Source of the DNA: Reclinomonas americana ATCC 50394 | Lineage: Eukaryota | Direction: 5' to 3' | Assembly (NCBI GenBank): GCA_048213135.1 | Contig: PS015009.1 | Coordinates: 558,001-622,000 of the forward strand | Length of the DNA stretch: 64,000 nt | Shown here: positions 48,201 through 55,849 of the stretch, piece after piece | Position numbering within the stretch: the stretch's first letter is position 1 | How the letters are laid out: the number at the start of each line of letters is the position of its first letter | Position numbers and translations under genes: made by a program | The notes under the pieces: generated by a model | Seen by the model: only the letters and a program-made list of their open reading frames with translations | What the model was told of the DNA's origin: nothing | The model's database searches: none

Positions 48201-48655
48201 TTGCCGGTGATGCCGTACACTTCGTGCAAACCGGTGTTGAACCATTGAGGACTATTGGGAACGCAGGCCTGGTTGAGGATGGAATACACCAGCTCATCAT
48301 AAAACACCTGCGCATCTTTTTCCGAAGCAAAATAATTATAACGTTCACCCCATACCCTCCAGCAATGTGCCATACGATGGGCCACCTGCTTTACAGTTGT
48401 TTCCCGTCCGGTACTTCCATCTTCTTTAGGAACACCAGCCTTCCTGAAATATTTCTGTGCCAGGATATCTGTAGCGATCTGGCTCCATTGTTTGGGAACT
48501 TCCACGTTATCCATCTGGAACACCACTTCTCCCGTTGGGTTCTTGATCACCGAGGTACGGTAATCGTATTCGAACATATCAAACGGACTAACGTCATCTC
48601 TGGTGAACTGACGGTCGAACTGGAGACCTTTGGCTGTTGTTTTTTTAGTTGGCAT
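45290..48655 (-). CDS. nrdJ: Vitamin B12-dependent (class II) ribonucleotide reductase
   Basis: 1121 aa; PNSPQWFN, HACFI, RRAAKM, SNPCSEY, IAPTGTI, ISKTINLP, TSCPD-like domain and C-terminal Cys ribbon; no intein seen. Confidence 0.96.
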   Translation of the reverse strand: MPTKKTTAKGLQFDRQFTRDDVSPFDMFEYDYRTSVIKNPTGEVVFQMDNVEVPKQWSQIATDILAQKYFRKAGVPKEDGSTGRETTVKQVAHRMAHCWRVWGERYNYFASEKDAQVFYDELVYSILNQACVPNSPQWFNTGLHEVYGITGKPQGHYYVDPKDGQLKKSTNAYERPQPHACFILSVEDDLVNEGGIMDLWVREARIFKYGSGVGTNFSSIRGEGEKLSGGGTSSGLMSFLKIGDRAAGAIKSGGTTRRAAKMVCLDLDHPEIVEFINWKVQEEDKVAALIAAGYASDYEGEAYRTVSGQNSNNSIRIPNEFFKTLDEDGEWELKARSDGRTMKKVKANDLWNQINYAAWRCADPGTQYDTTINEWHTCPEGGPIRASNPCSEYMFLDNTACNLASVNLRRFFDEDKNTFDVKGFEYICRLWTTVLEVSVLMAQFPSKEVAQLSYDYRTLGLGYANLGSMLMVSGIAYDSEEARGIAGAITAIMTGVSYKTSAELAGFLGAFDKYEQNKEHMLRVMRNHRAAAYDAAEAYEGIQIKPQGINAKYCPDYLLKAATKAWDDAVQLGEKNGYRNAQTTVIAPTGTIGLVMDCDTTGVEPDFALVKFKKLSGGGYFKIINQSVPQALRNLKYSEAEMEAIVNYAKGHATLKGAPFINPESLIAKGFTAEELEKVEAVLGSAFEIGFVFNVFTFGEATLQRLGFKPEQYNDFGWSLLEGLGFTDEQIADANTYVCGTMTVEGAPYLKEEHLPVFDCANKCGQIGQRYIHAHGHIRMMGAAQPFLSGAISKTINLPNEATQEDIADSYRLSWELGLKACALYRDGSKLSQPLSNKSDKKKKLDEPVSEEKAAELAAEVSAIVDMSKLTIDDLLDEMNKRVQSSADTSLKRQLAMIVERRALPAKRRGFTQKAKINGQALFLRTGEYNDGTLGEIFIDMAKEGATMRSMLNCFAIAISIGLQYGVPLEEYVEKFVFTRFEPSGMVDHPNIKTTTSIIDFMFRSLAYEYLGRNDLVHVLDAQPEVQNMGNEEWDVESPTIGERTPELSEVRVTGGVNPQPAKAEHRTAGVTKPTSGIDAVNAAAKSMQSDAPACNTCGHITVRSGTCYKCLNCGNSMGCS

Positions 48656-48715
48656 ATGACTATGGACAGGTTAACAGGTTAAGTAATCGTTATGTTTTTT
48701 CCTAATGGGTGAAAA

Positions 48716-48774
48716 CGAAAATATTTGTTAGGTATGAACAAACAAACTTTTTAATATACACAGTAAGTGGATAA
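48716..48774 (-). promoter_or_regulatory. Putative nrdJ promoter with two DnaA-box-like sites
   Basis: -7 TATTTTCG (48723-48716), -33 TTTG (48746-48743), 19-nt spacer; ATATACACA (48754-48762, +) and TTATCCACT (48774-48766, -), each one mismatch from TTWTNCACA. Confidence 0.5.
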
Positions 48775-49072
48775 GTATTCTAATCCAAGATGGTTGCGGA
48801 TTTGCCTGTTAAACCGGGCTTTGTACAAAAAAAACCGGGCCAAAGTGTTGTTTTTTTCGTTAAAAATCCCGCATCCTTATTTTTAGCGGGTTTCAGGGTT
48901 TTGTGTAGATTTTTGCCTTTTTGATGGCGGAAGCTGATGAGACAGCCACCTGATTTACCATCCTTGTTTTTTGATCGATCATAATTTTATCTCTCTTATC
49001 GAAGTTTTATTATGGAATGGTTAAGGGAAAATTATGTTTTGGATAAATTTTCGTCTATGCGTGGTGGGTTAA

Positions 49073-49260
49073 CCGCAAAGAAAGAAGAGCGCGGAGGTTA
49101 CGCAAAGTGTACGTTGGAAAATATACCGTATCCAATAACAGTGATCAGGGTCTGTTGCTTTTGATTCCTTACTATAGGGTGTATCATGCTGCGGGAAAGT
49201 TATGATCATAAAGTTGTGATCGTCATTCCATATTGATCATTACACTTAGCGTCTTTGCGG
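49073..49260. repeat. MITE-like element with nested CGCAAAG inverted repeats
   Basis: CCGCAAAGA (49073-49081) / TCTTTGCGG (49252-49260); ACGCAAAGTGTA (49100-49111) / TACACTTAGCGT (49241-49252), 11/12. Confidence 0.5.
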
Positions 49261-49352
49261 GCAATCGCAGTAGCATGACACGATTATCTTTTAAATAAAT
49301 TTTGCTTGCAAACCCCAATGGTAATGTTTAGATTTATGCAAAATCAGCTGCT

Positions 49353-49523
49353 ATGAGTAAAAGAAACCTGTTCTTCACCCTCGGCTTTCTCTGCGTGATC
49401 GCCTCGTTTGTTATGTATATGGTAGGCAATAATTCCAGTCACCTCAGTGAACTGAAAGACTTCTGGTGGATACCTCTGCCCCTGGGTGCCCTGCTGCTGC
49501 TGGTCGCTACCAAAAAGAAATAA
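49353..49523 (+). CDS. Small two-TM membrane protein, 56 aa (not in ORF track)
   Basis: MSKRNLFFTLGFLCVIASFVMYMVGNNSSHLSELKDFWWIPLPLGALLLLVATKKK*; positive-inside ends and two hydrophobic helices. Confidence 0.7.
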   Translation: MSKRNLFFTLGFLCVIASFVMYMVGNNSSHLSELKDFWWIPLPLGALLLLVATKKK

Positions 49524-49623
49524 AATCCCCCCGCCATCCACTCCTGTCACTTCCTGTTCCTGTATTCCGGGCCGGAAGAAGTACGCATATTTTTATTATA
49601 TTCGTTTAAACTAGCTGTAAAAC

Positions 49624-50217
49624 ATGATACTGCTCGATATCAGTTCCTGGTGGCAAAACCTGGCCGACTTTGACAAAATATTCTGGGGTATCGCCCTCCT
49701 CTTCTCCCTGCTTTTCCTGTTGCAGACCATCCTTTCCTTTGCCGGTGGCGATGGCGACAGCAGTTTTGGTGATGCCGATGCTTCCATAGATGGAGATCAC
49801 GGGATCGGCTACGGTTTTTTTACGATCAAGAACATGGTAGCTTTCTTCACCATTTTTGGATGGACCGGTCTGGCACTCATTAAAGGCAATGCAAGTAAAG
49901 GCGTAACTATTGCCGTAGCGCTCGCCGCCGGTGTAGCCATCGTATTGATGATGCTCTTCCTGTTTCGCAGCATGAGCAAACTTAAACAAAGCGGCACCTT
50001 ACTCATCGGCAACGCGGTAGGCAAAACCGCTGAAGTATACCTGTTCATCCCCGCGAAAAGAGAAGGCTTTGGCAAAGTGCATATTCAACTGCAGGGATCA
50101 CTGCGTGAGCTGAATGCCATTACCGATGATGAAGAGGCCATCGCAACCGGGCGCATCATTAAAGTGACCGCCATTGTCAATAACAATACACTCATCGTTA
50201 CCTCAACTATTTCCTAA
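49624..50217 (+). CDS. NfeD-like membrane protein (short form)
   Basis: TM region plus C-terminal OB-fold motif (VGKTAEVYLFIP..GKVHI..ELNAIT); directly upstream of flotillin. Confidence 0.85.
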   Translation: MILLDISSWWQNLADFDKIFWGIALLFSLLFLLQTILSFAGGDGDSSFGDADASIDGDHGIGYGFFTIKNMVAFFTIFGWTGLALIKGNASKGVTIAVALAAGVAIVLMMLFLFRSMSKLKQSGTLLIGNAVGKTAEVYLFIPAKREGFGKVHIQLQGSLRELNAITDDEEAIATGRIIKVTAIVNNNTLIVTSTIS

Positions 50218-50235
50218 TACAATTTTTGATCTATC

Positions 50236-51771
50236 ATGGCAGAAAATCTTTTACTTGTTGTCGCGGCGGCAGTCGTGTTTGGGTTCATCCTTATCTTTTC
50301 CATGTTCAGGCGGTACAAACGTTGTCCGTCAGACCGCATCCTGGTGGTGTATGGTAAAGTAGGTAAAGGGGCGGAAGGCACCCTTACCGCAAAATGTATC
50401 CATGGCGGTGCCGCGTTCATATGGCCCATCATACAGGACTACTCTTTTCTTGACCTCACGCCCATTTCACTGGAGGTGAACCTCACCAGTGCATTGAGTA
50501 AACAGAATATCAGGGTTGACGTTCCCTCCCGTTTCACCGTGGGCATCTCTACCGAACCGGCCGTGATGCAGAATGCCGCCGAACGCCTGCTCGGCATGCA
50601 GCGTCCTGCCATACATGATCTGGCAAAAGATATCATCCTGGGACAAATGCGCCTTGTTGTTGCGATGATGGATATTGAAGAGATCAACAACAATCGTGAT
50701 AAATTCCTCGCCAATATTGCCGGTAACGTAGAAGCCGAGCTTAACAAGATCGGTTTGAAGATGATCAACGTGAACGTGACCGACATCAAGGATGAGAGTG
50801 GTTATATCGACGCCCTGGGTAAAGAAGCTGCCGCCAAAGCCATCAATGAAGCGAAGGTTCGCGTAGCAGAACAGGAACGTACCGGTGATATCGGTAAAAC
50901 AACTGCCGAAAAAGAAAGGGATATTAAAGTTGCCGAAACACAACGTGACCGCGATACACAGGTAGCCTTCACTTTAAAGGATAAAGAAATACAGATCGCC
51001 AATGCCAATCGTGATGAAAATATCGGTAAGGCCGAAGCGGAAAGAGATACCCGTGTAAAAATGGCCGAAGCCAACGCCATCGCTGTACAGGGTGAAAACT
51101 TATCCAAGATAGAGATCGCCAACTCCGAATCGCTTCGCCGTGAAAGAGAAGCCGAAGCCTTGAAAAAAGCGATAGCCACTGAAAAAGTACAGGCGGCCAA
51201 AGCGCTGGAAGAATCTTACCAGGCGGAAAAAAGAGCCGAAGACGCCCGTGCAGAACGTGACCGTGCTTCGCAGAACGCGACCATTGTAGTAGCGGCAGAC
51301 ATACAGAAACAAAAACTCATCATTGAAGCACAGGCACAGGCAGAGCAGGTTCGTGAAAAAGCCCGCGGTGAGGCCGACGCCATTTATGCCAAGCTGGAAG
51401 CCGAAGCCCGTGGTGTATACGAAATGCTGACCAAGCAGGCCGAAGGTTTGGATAAGATCGTAAAAGCAGCAGGTGACAATGCTAAGGATGCTGTACTGCT
51501 GCTGGTTGCAGACAAACTACCGGAACTGGTGAAACTGCAAACAGAAGCCATTAAAAATATTAAGATCGATAAAGTTACGGTTTGGGATGGCGGACAACAG
51601 GGTGCGGATGGCAAAAGTTCCACTGCTAATTTTGTAAGTGGTTTGTATAAATCCGTTCCACCACTGAAAGACATTTTTGATATGGCGGGCATGGATCTTC
51701 CTAATTACCTGGGCAAACCAAAAGGCGGCGACGCGGCAGCCGTTGATACCAATGCAGAGGAAATACATTAA
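50236..51771 (+). CDS. Flotillin/SPFH domain protein
   Basis: 511 aa; N-terminal TM, SPFH domain (RYKRCPSD, GGAAFIWP), AE-rich coiled coil, IDKVTVWD. Confidence 0.93.
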   Translation: MAENLLLVVAAAVVFGFILIFSMFRRYKRCPSDRILVVYGKVGKGAEGTLTAKCIHGGAAFIWPIIQDYSFLDLTPISLEVNLTSALSKQNIRVDVPSRFTVGISTEPAVMQNAAERLLGMQRPAIHDLAKDIILGQMRLVVAMMDIEEINNNRDKFLANIAGNVEAELNKIGLKMINVNVTDIKDESGYIDALGKEAAAKAINEAKVRVAEQERTGDIGKTTAEKERDIKVAETQRDRDTQVAFTLKDKEIQIANANRDENIGKAEAERDTRVKMAEANAIAVQGENLSKIEIANSESLRREREAEALKKAIATEKVQAAKALEESYQAEKRAEDARAERDRASQNATIVVAADIQKQKLIIEAQAQAEQVREKARGEADAIYAKLEAEARGVYEMLTKQAEGLDKIVKAAGDNAKDAVLLLVADKLPELVKLQTEAIKNIKIDKVTVWDGGQQGADGKSSTANFVSGLYKSVPPLKDIFDMAGMDLPNYLGKPKGGDAAAVDTNAEEIH

Positions 51772-51796
51772 CAGCTAAGTATTAAAAATAAAGATG

Positions 51797-51828
51797 AAAG
51801 GAATGGGGTAATACCTCATTCCTTTTTT
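51797..51828 (+). terminator. Intrinsic terminator
   Basis: AAAGGAATGGGGT-AAT-ACCTCATTCCTTT with a T run. Confidence 0.7.
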
Positions 51829-51870
51829 CATTCCTTCATTCCTTTATTTTCGTTTGTTTACCTTTATAAT

Positions 51871-52323
51871 ATGAGAGTAGTGATTCAACGCGTAAAGGAA
51901 GCCGCGGTTAATATTGACGAAAAACAACACGCCGCCATCGGTGCTGGATTACTGGTGCTGGTGGGCATTGAGGATGCCGATAATGAAGAAGATATCGAAT
52001 GGCTTGGCCATAAGATTGTGAACCTGCGCATCTTCGATGACGAACAAAAAGTACCGAACATCCCTGTAAAAGATATGGGCGGCGACATCCTGCTGGTAAG
52101 TCAGTTCACATTGCATGCAGCTACCAAAAAAGGAAATCGCCCTTCTTATATCAAAGCAAGTAAACCAGACATCGCCATTCCTTTATATAAAAAGATGATC
52201 GCTACACTGGAAACCCTGCTCGGCAAGCCAATCGCCACGGGTGAGTTTGGGGCCGATATGCAGGTAAGTCTCATCAACGACGGACCGGTAACCATCATCA
52301 TCGACAGTAAGAACAAAGAATAA
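51871..52323 (+). CDS. dtd: D-aminoacyl-tRNA deacylase
   Basis: 150 aa; MRVVIQRV, SQFTL, GNRPS, NDGPVT. Confidence 0.97.
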   Translation: MRVVIQRVKEAAVNIDEKQHAAIGAGLLVLVGIEDADNEEDIEWLGHKIVNLRIFDDEQKVPNIPVKDMGGDILLVSQFTLHAATKKGNRPSYIKASKPDIAIPLYKKMIATLETLLGKPIATGEFGADMQVSLINDGPVTIIIDSKNKE

Positions 52324-52333
52324 AATATTTTGT

Positions 52334-52660
52334 ATGACCATAGAGCAGGCACAACAGCAGGTAGACCAATGGATCAAAACCGTTGGCGTAAAATATTTTT
52401 CCGAGCTCACCAACCTCGGTATACTGATGGAAGAAGTGGGCGAACTGTCACGACTGATGGTACGTCAGTATGGCGAACAATCCTTTAAGGAAAGTGACAA
52501 AGGAAAAGACATCGCCGATGAAATGGCGGATGTGTTGTGGGTACTCATCTGCCTGGCTAACCAGACTGGTGTGGACTTAACAAAAGCTCTGGAAAAGAAT
52601 TTTGAGAAGAAGACCAGTCGTGACGGAGAAAGGCATAAAGGGAATGAGAAGCTGCATTGA
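52334..52660 (+). CDS. MazG-like nucleotide pyrophosphohydrolase (YpjD-type)
   Basis: 108 aa; EEVGEL and DEMADVL motifs. Confidence 0.92.
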   Translation: MTIEQAQQQVDQWIKTVGVKYFSELTNLGILMEEVGELSRLMVRQYGEQSFKESDKGKDIADEMADVLWVLICLANQTGVDLTKALEKNFEKKTSRDGERHKGNEKLH

Positions 52661-52712
52661 ATGTGCGAATGAGAGGATATGTAAATGTACGAATGAGGAA
52701 ATTGGTGAATTG
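52659..52712. repeat. Left 8-nt-period repeat array flanking the four-helix-bundle gene
   Basis: GAATGTGCGAATGAGAGGATATGTAAATGTACGAATGAGG; 52675-52695 is 20/21 complementary to 53186-53206. Confidence 0.8.
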
Positions 52713-52794
52713 TGGCCAATGATAAAAATATAACATTGCGGATAACCGAAACAGGTACAGGATAGTTGCCGCTTACATTTGAGAAAAGTGCGCA

Positions 52795-53154
52795 ATGAAA
52801 ATTATTAAAGAGAACGCAATCCTGGTTCTAAGTTTTAAATTTTCCCTGGATATCATCACCTATACAGAACAGTTACAAGCCTCCCGCAAGTTTAATCTTT
52901 CCAATCAACTGTTCAGAAGCGGCACTTCCATTGGAGCCAATATACGGGAGGCGCAGGGTGCTGAAAGCAAGAGAGATTTTATTCATAAAATGAAGATCGC
53001 TTACAAGGAGTCCTGCGAGACACAGTACTGGTTGGAATTATGTAAAAAATCCGGTAATTATCCCGGCCCGGGTAATTTGCTGCTCCAGGTTGAAAGCCTG
53101 TTAAGAATCCTCGGAAAGATCATCAGCAGTACCCATAAAAGCACAAATCAGTAG
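52795..53154 (+). CDS. Four helix bundle protein (23S rRNA IVP / Avd-like family)
   Basis: 119 aa; QLFRSGTSIGANIREAQGAESKRDFIHKMKIAYKE..ETQYWLEL signature. Confidence 0.93.
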   Translation: MKIIKENAILVLSFKFSLDIITYTEQLQASRKFNLSNQLFRSGTSIGANIREAQGAESKRDFIHKMKIAYKESCETQYWLELCKKSGNYPGPGNLLLQVESLLRILGKIISSTHKSTNQ

Positions 53155-53180
53155 AATCCTGCCTTTTTCTTACTCCCGCG

Positions 53181-53230
53181 TCTCGCATTCGCACATTTAC
53201 ATATCCGCACATTCACACACCCGCATATCC
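53181..53230. repeat. Right 8-nt-period repeat array (inverted relative to the left array)
   Basis: TCTCGCATTCGCACATTTACATATCCGCACATTCACACACCCGCATATCC. Confidence 0.8.
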
Positions 53231-53265
53231 AAAAATTCCCCCATCCACACTATATTTGCACCCTT

Positions 53266-54735
53266 ATGGCAAACGAAACGAACATTTTCCAGGAGCTTAT
53301 CGCTCATTGCAAAGAATACGGTTACATTTTCCAGTCGTCTGAGATATACGACGGGCTGAGTGCGGTATATGATTACGGCCAGAATGGTGCCCAGCTGAAA
53401 AAGAACATCCGCGACTACTGGTGGAAAAGCATGACGCAACTGCACGACAATATCGTAGGTATTGACGCCGCCATTTTTATGCACCCCACCACCTGGAAGG
53501 CCAGTGGTCACGTCGACAATTTCAGTGATCCGATGATCGACAACAAAGACAGTAAAAAGAGGTACCGCGTTGATCACCTCATTGAAGGTTATGCCGACGA
53601 ACTTACGGCACAGGGCAAAGAAGCCGAAGCCAAAGCGTTACTGGAACAGATGGATGCACTTATCGCCAAAGATGATTTCGCGGGACTGAAACAACTGATA
53701 GAGGACAATAAGATACAATGCTCGGTGAGCAAGACCAGCAACTGGACAGACGTTCGCCAGTTCAACCTCATGTTCAAAACTGAGTTTGGCGCTGTAGCCA
53801 GCGATAATCCCGATGACAACATCGTTTACCTGCGTCCCGAAACGGCACAGGGTATATTCGTGAACTTCCTGAACGTGCAAAAAACCGGCAGAATGAAAAT
53901 TCCATTCGGTATCGCTCAAACCGGTAAAGCTTTCCGCAACGAGATCGTAGCCCGACAGTTCATCTTCCGTATGCGGGAGTTTGAACAGATGGAGATGCAG
54001 TTCTTCATTCGCCCTGGCACCCAGGTGGAATGGTACAACTACTGGAAAGAGGAACGCAAAAAATGGCATGAAAGCCTGGGCATACCAGCAGAGAAGCTCC
54101 GTTTTCACAACCATGTGAAACTGGCCCACTATGCTGACAATGCGCTGGATATTGAATTTGAATTTCCATTTGGCTGGAAAGAGCTGGAAGGTATCCACAG
54201 CCGCGGCGACTTCGACCTGAGCCAGCATCAGCAATACAGCAAAAAGAAAATGCAGTATTTCGATAATGACCTGGATGAGAACGGCAAACCTTATGGTAAT
54301 TACGTGCCTTATGTAGTGGAAACATCCGTTGGCCTTGACAGGTTATTCCTGACCATTTTAAGTATGGCGTATGCAGACGAAAAATGGACGAAGGAAGACG
54401 GAACACCCGATGGCCGCGTGGTGCTGAAGATACCGGCTAAGATCGCTCCTACCAAACTGGCCATCCTGCCACTGCTGAAGAAAGACGGTCTGCCCGAAAT
54501 AGCACGCGACCTGATGAACGATTGCAAAGGCTCCTTTCATTGTTTTTATGAAGAGAAGGATGCTATTGGTAAACGCTACCGCCGTATGGATGCCATTGGT
54601 ACGCCTTTCTGTGTAACCATCGACCACCAGACCAAGGAAGACAATACGGTTACCATCCGTTACAGGGACACCATGGTGCAGGAAAGAATTCCTTTATCGG
54701 AAGTAAAAAACCTGGTACTGCAAAAGATCAGCTGA
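53266..54735 (+). CDS. glyS: Glycine--tRNA ligase (dimeric alpha2 type)
   Basis: 489 aa; YLRPETAQG, FRNEI..FIFRMREFEQME, AIGKRYRRMD anticodon domain; TATATTTG -7 box at 53251-53258. Confidence 0.97.
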   Translation: MANETNIFQELIAHCKEYGYIFQSSEIYDGLSAVYDYGQNGAQLKKNIRDYWWKSMTQLHDNIVGIDAAIFMHPTTWKASGHVDNFSDPMIDNKDSKKRYRVDHLIEGYADELTAQGKEAEAKALLEQMDALIAKDDFAGLKQLIEDNKIQCSVSKTSNWTDVRQFNLMFKTEFGAVASDNPDDNIVYLRPETAQGIFVNFLNVQKTGRMKIPFGIAQTGKAFRNEIVARQFIFRMREFEQMEMQFFIRPGTQVEWYNYWKEERKKWHESLGIPAEKLRFHNHVKLAHYADNALDIEFEFPFGWKELEGIHSRGDFDLSQHQQYSKKKMQYFDNDLDENGKPYGNYVPYVVETSVGLDRLFLTILSMAYADEKWTKEDGTPDGRVVLKIPAKIAPTKLAILPLLKKDGLPEIARDLMNDCKGSFHCFYEEKDAIGKRYRRMDAIGTPFCVTIDHQTKEDNTVTIRYRDTMVQERIPLSEVKNLVLQKIS

Positions 54736-54761
54736 TCAGTTTTCAATTACCAAAACATAGT

Positions 54762-54788
54762 AAGGGAGCCTCATCAGCTCCCTTTTTC
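54762..54788 (+). terminator. Intrinsic terminator of glyS
   Basis: AAGGGAGC-CTCATCA-GCTCCCTT plus a T run. Confidence 0.8.
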
Positions 54789-54812
54789 ATTACCGTATTT
54801 TAATGGTTGGAA

Positions 54813-54986
54813 TTATTTATTGGCAAGCTCTTCCTCCACGTGCATCTCAATAGATTTTTCCGCTTCCCTCAGTTCCATGTGCAGCAACTCCCATAACTCC
54901 GGCTCATCGGGCTCTGTTAACCCGGCTTGTGCATAAGCGGCTTTGGCTTTGGGCAGCCATTCTTCAAAAGACAAGTCTACATACAT
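54813..54986 (-). CDS. Small acidic hypothetical protein, 57 aa
   Basis: MYVDLSFEEWLPKAKAAYAQAGLTEPDEPELWELLHMELREAEKSIEMHVEEELANK*; A-rich upstream context; protein-like helical composition. Confidence 0.6.
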   Translation of the reverse strand: MYVDLSFEEWLPKAKAAYAQAGLTEPDEPELWELLHMELREAEKSIEMHVEEELANK

Positions 54987-55050
54987 GAGTATATGTTTTA
55001 AGAAAGTAAATAGTTCAATTGGCAAATGATCAAATCAGCACATTTTCAGA

Positions 55051-55779
55051 TTACCCATACAACTCCTGGTGTATCGCCTTACGGTCGTACCCCAGTTCCT
55101 GTATGCGCATCTTAGCCTCATCAATCATGGCCTTCCACCCACAGAGGAAGAAAGAAGCCGGGGGATTATTGTTGCCTTTGCAAATCTTATCATAGATGGC
55201 ATGCACATAACCGTGTGCGCCTTCCCAATTCTCGCGGCTGAGCGTGGGTATGTAGTGAAAGCCCGGCATGCTGTCGCTCAACGCTTTCAGTTCATCAAAA
55301 TACAGCAGGTCGGCCTTGGTACGACAACCAAAAAGCAGGTAAATATCTTTGTGCGGAATATTATGCAGCTTGATGTAATTCGCCATACTCCTGAACGGTG
55401 CGATACCCGTTCCGGTACAAATAAGAAAGAGATCCTTCTCGTAATTCTCTTCATGCAGGGTAAACACACCTACAGGTCCGCGTAACGTGAGTTCGCTTCC
55501 TTCTTTTATTTCGTTGAAAAGATAAGTGGTGCCCGCGCCACCGTCCAGCAATACAATACACAACTCAAAAACATTGGTACCATCGGGCCAGCTGGCAATG
55601 GAGTAACTGCGCCAGCGCTTGTTGGGCTTTTCGTGTATGGGCAGATCGAGTGTAACGAACTGTCCCGGCTTAAAGTCGAATCGTTCCAGTTCAGGCACCT
55701 GGATAAAAAAACGACGGGTGTTGTAGGTCTGTTGTTCGATCCGGATCACTTTACCGGTACGCCAGGGTTCAAGTGCCAT
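55051..55779 (-). CDS. Ferredoxin-NADP reductase-like FAD/NAD(P)-binding oxidoreductase
   Basis: 242 aa; FKPGQFV, RSYSIAS, TGTGIAPFRSM, FLCG, C-terminal ELYG. Confidence 0.9.
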   Translation of the reverse strand: MALEPWRTGKVIRIEQQTYNTRRFFIQVPELERFDFKPGQFVTLDLPIHEKPNKRWRSYSIASWPDGTNVFELCIVLLDGGAGTTYLFNEIKEGSELTLRGPVGVFTLHEENYEKDLFLICTGTGIAPFRSMANYIKLHNIPHKDIYLLFGCRTKADLLYFDELKALSDSMPGFHYIPTLSRENWEGAHGYVHAIYDKICKGNNNPPASFFLCGWKAMIDEAKMRIQELGYDRKAIHQELYG

Positions 55780-55812
55780 AACAAGCGATTTGTTTAGGGT
55801 AAGATACTAAGG

Positions 55813-55844
55813 AAAATCAAAAGTAAAAATGTAAAAATCAAAAA
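55813..55844. repeat. A-rich heptamer array (third copy of the family flanking rsgA)
   Basis: Contains the exact TCAAAAGTAAAAA at 55817-55829. Confidence 0.65.
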
Positions 55845-55849
55845 CGGTC

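Noticed and set aside
45290-48655. Intein or intron in the long nrdJ
   Set aside because: The frame is continuous, with no intein splice motifs or homing endonuclease signature seen; the length is explained by the internal insert and C-terminal domains.
48656-49352. Possible oriC or cobalamin riboswitch upstream of nrdJ
   Set aside because: Only two or three imperfect DnaA boxes, no clear unwinding element or gene-orientation switch, and no recognisable B12-box. A GC-skew or Rfam analysis would be needed.
52334-53154. MazG-like plus four-helix-bundle genes as an anti-phage system or DGR
   Set aside because: The MazG-like gene is the housekeeping YpjD type coupled to dtd; there is no reverse transcriptase, template/variable repeat pair or other defence gene in the window.
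1192-55844. Short repeats considered as CRISPR arrays
   Set aside because: Units are 7-8 nt with no regularly spaced unique spacers, and there are no cas genes.
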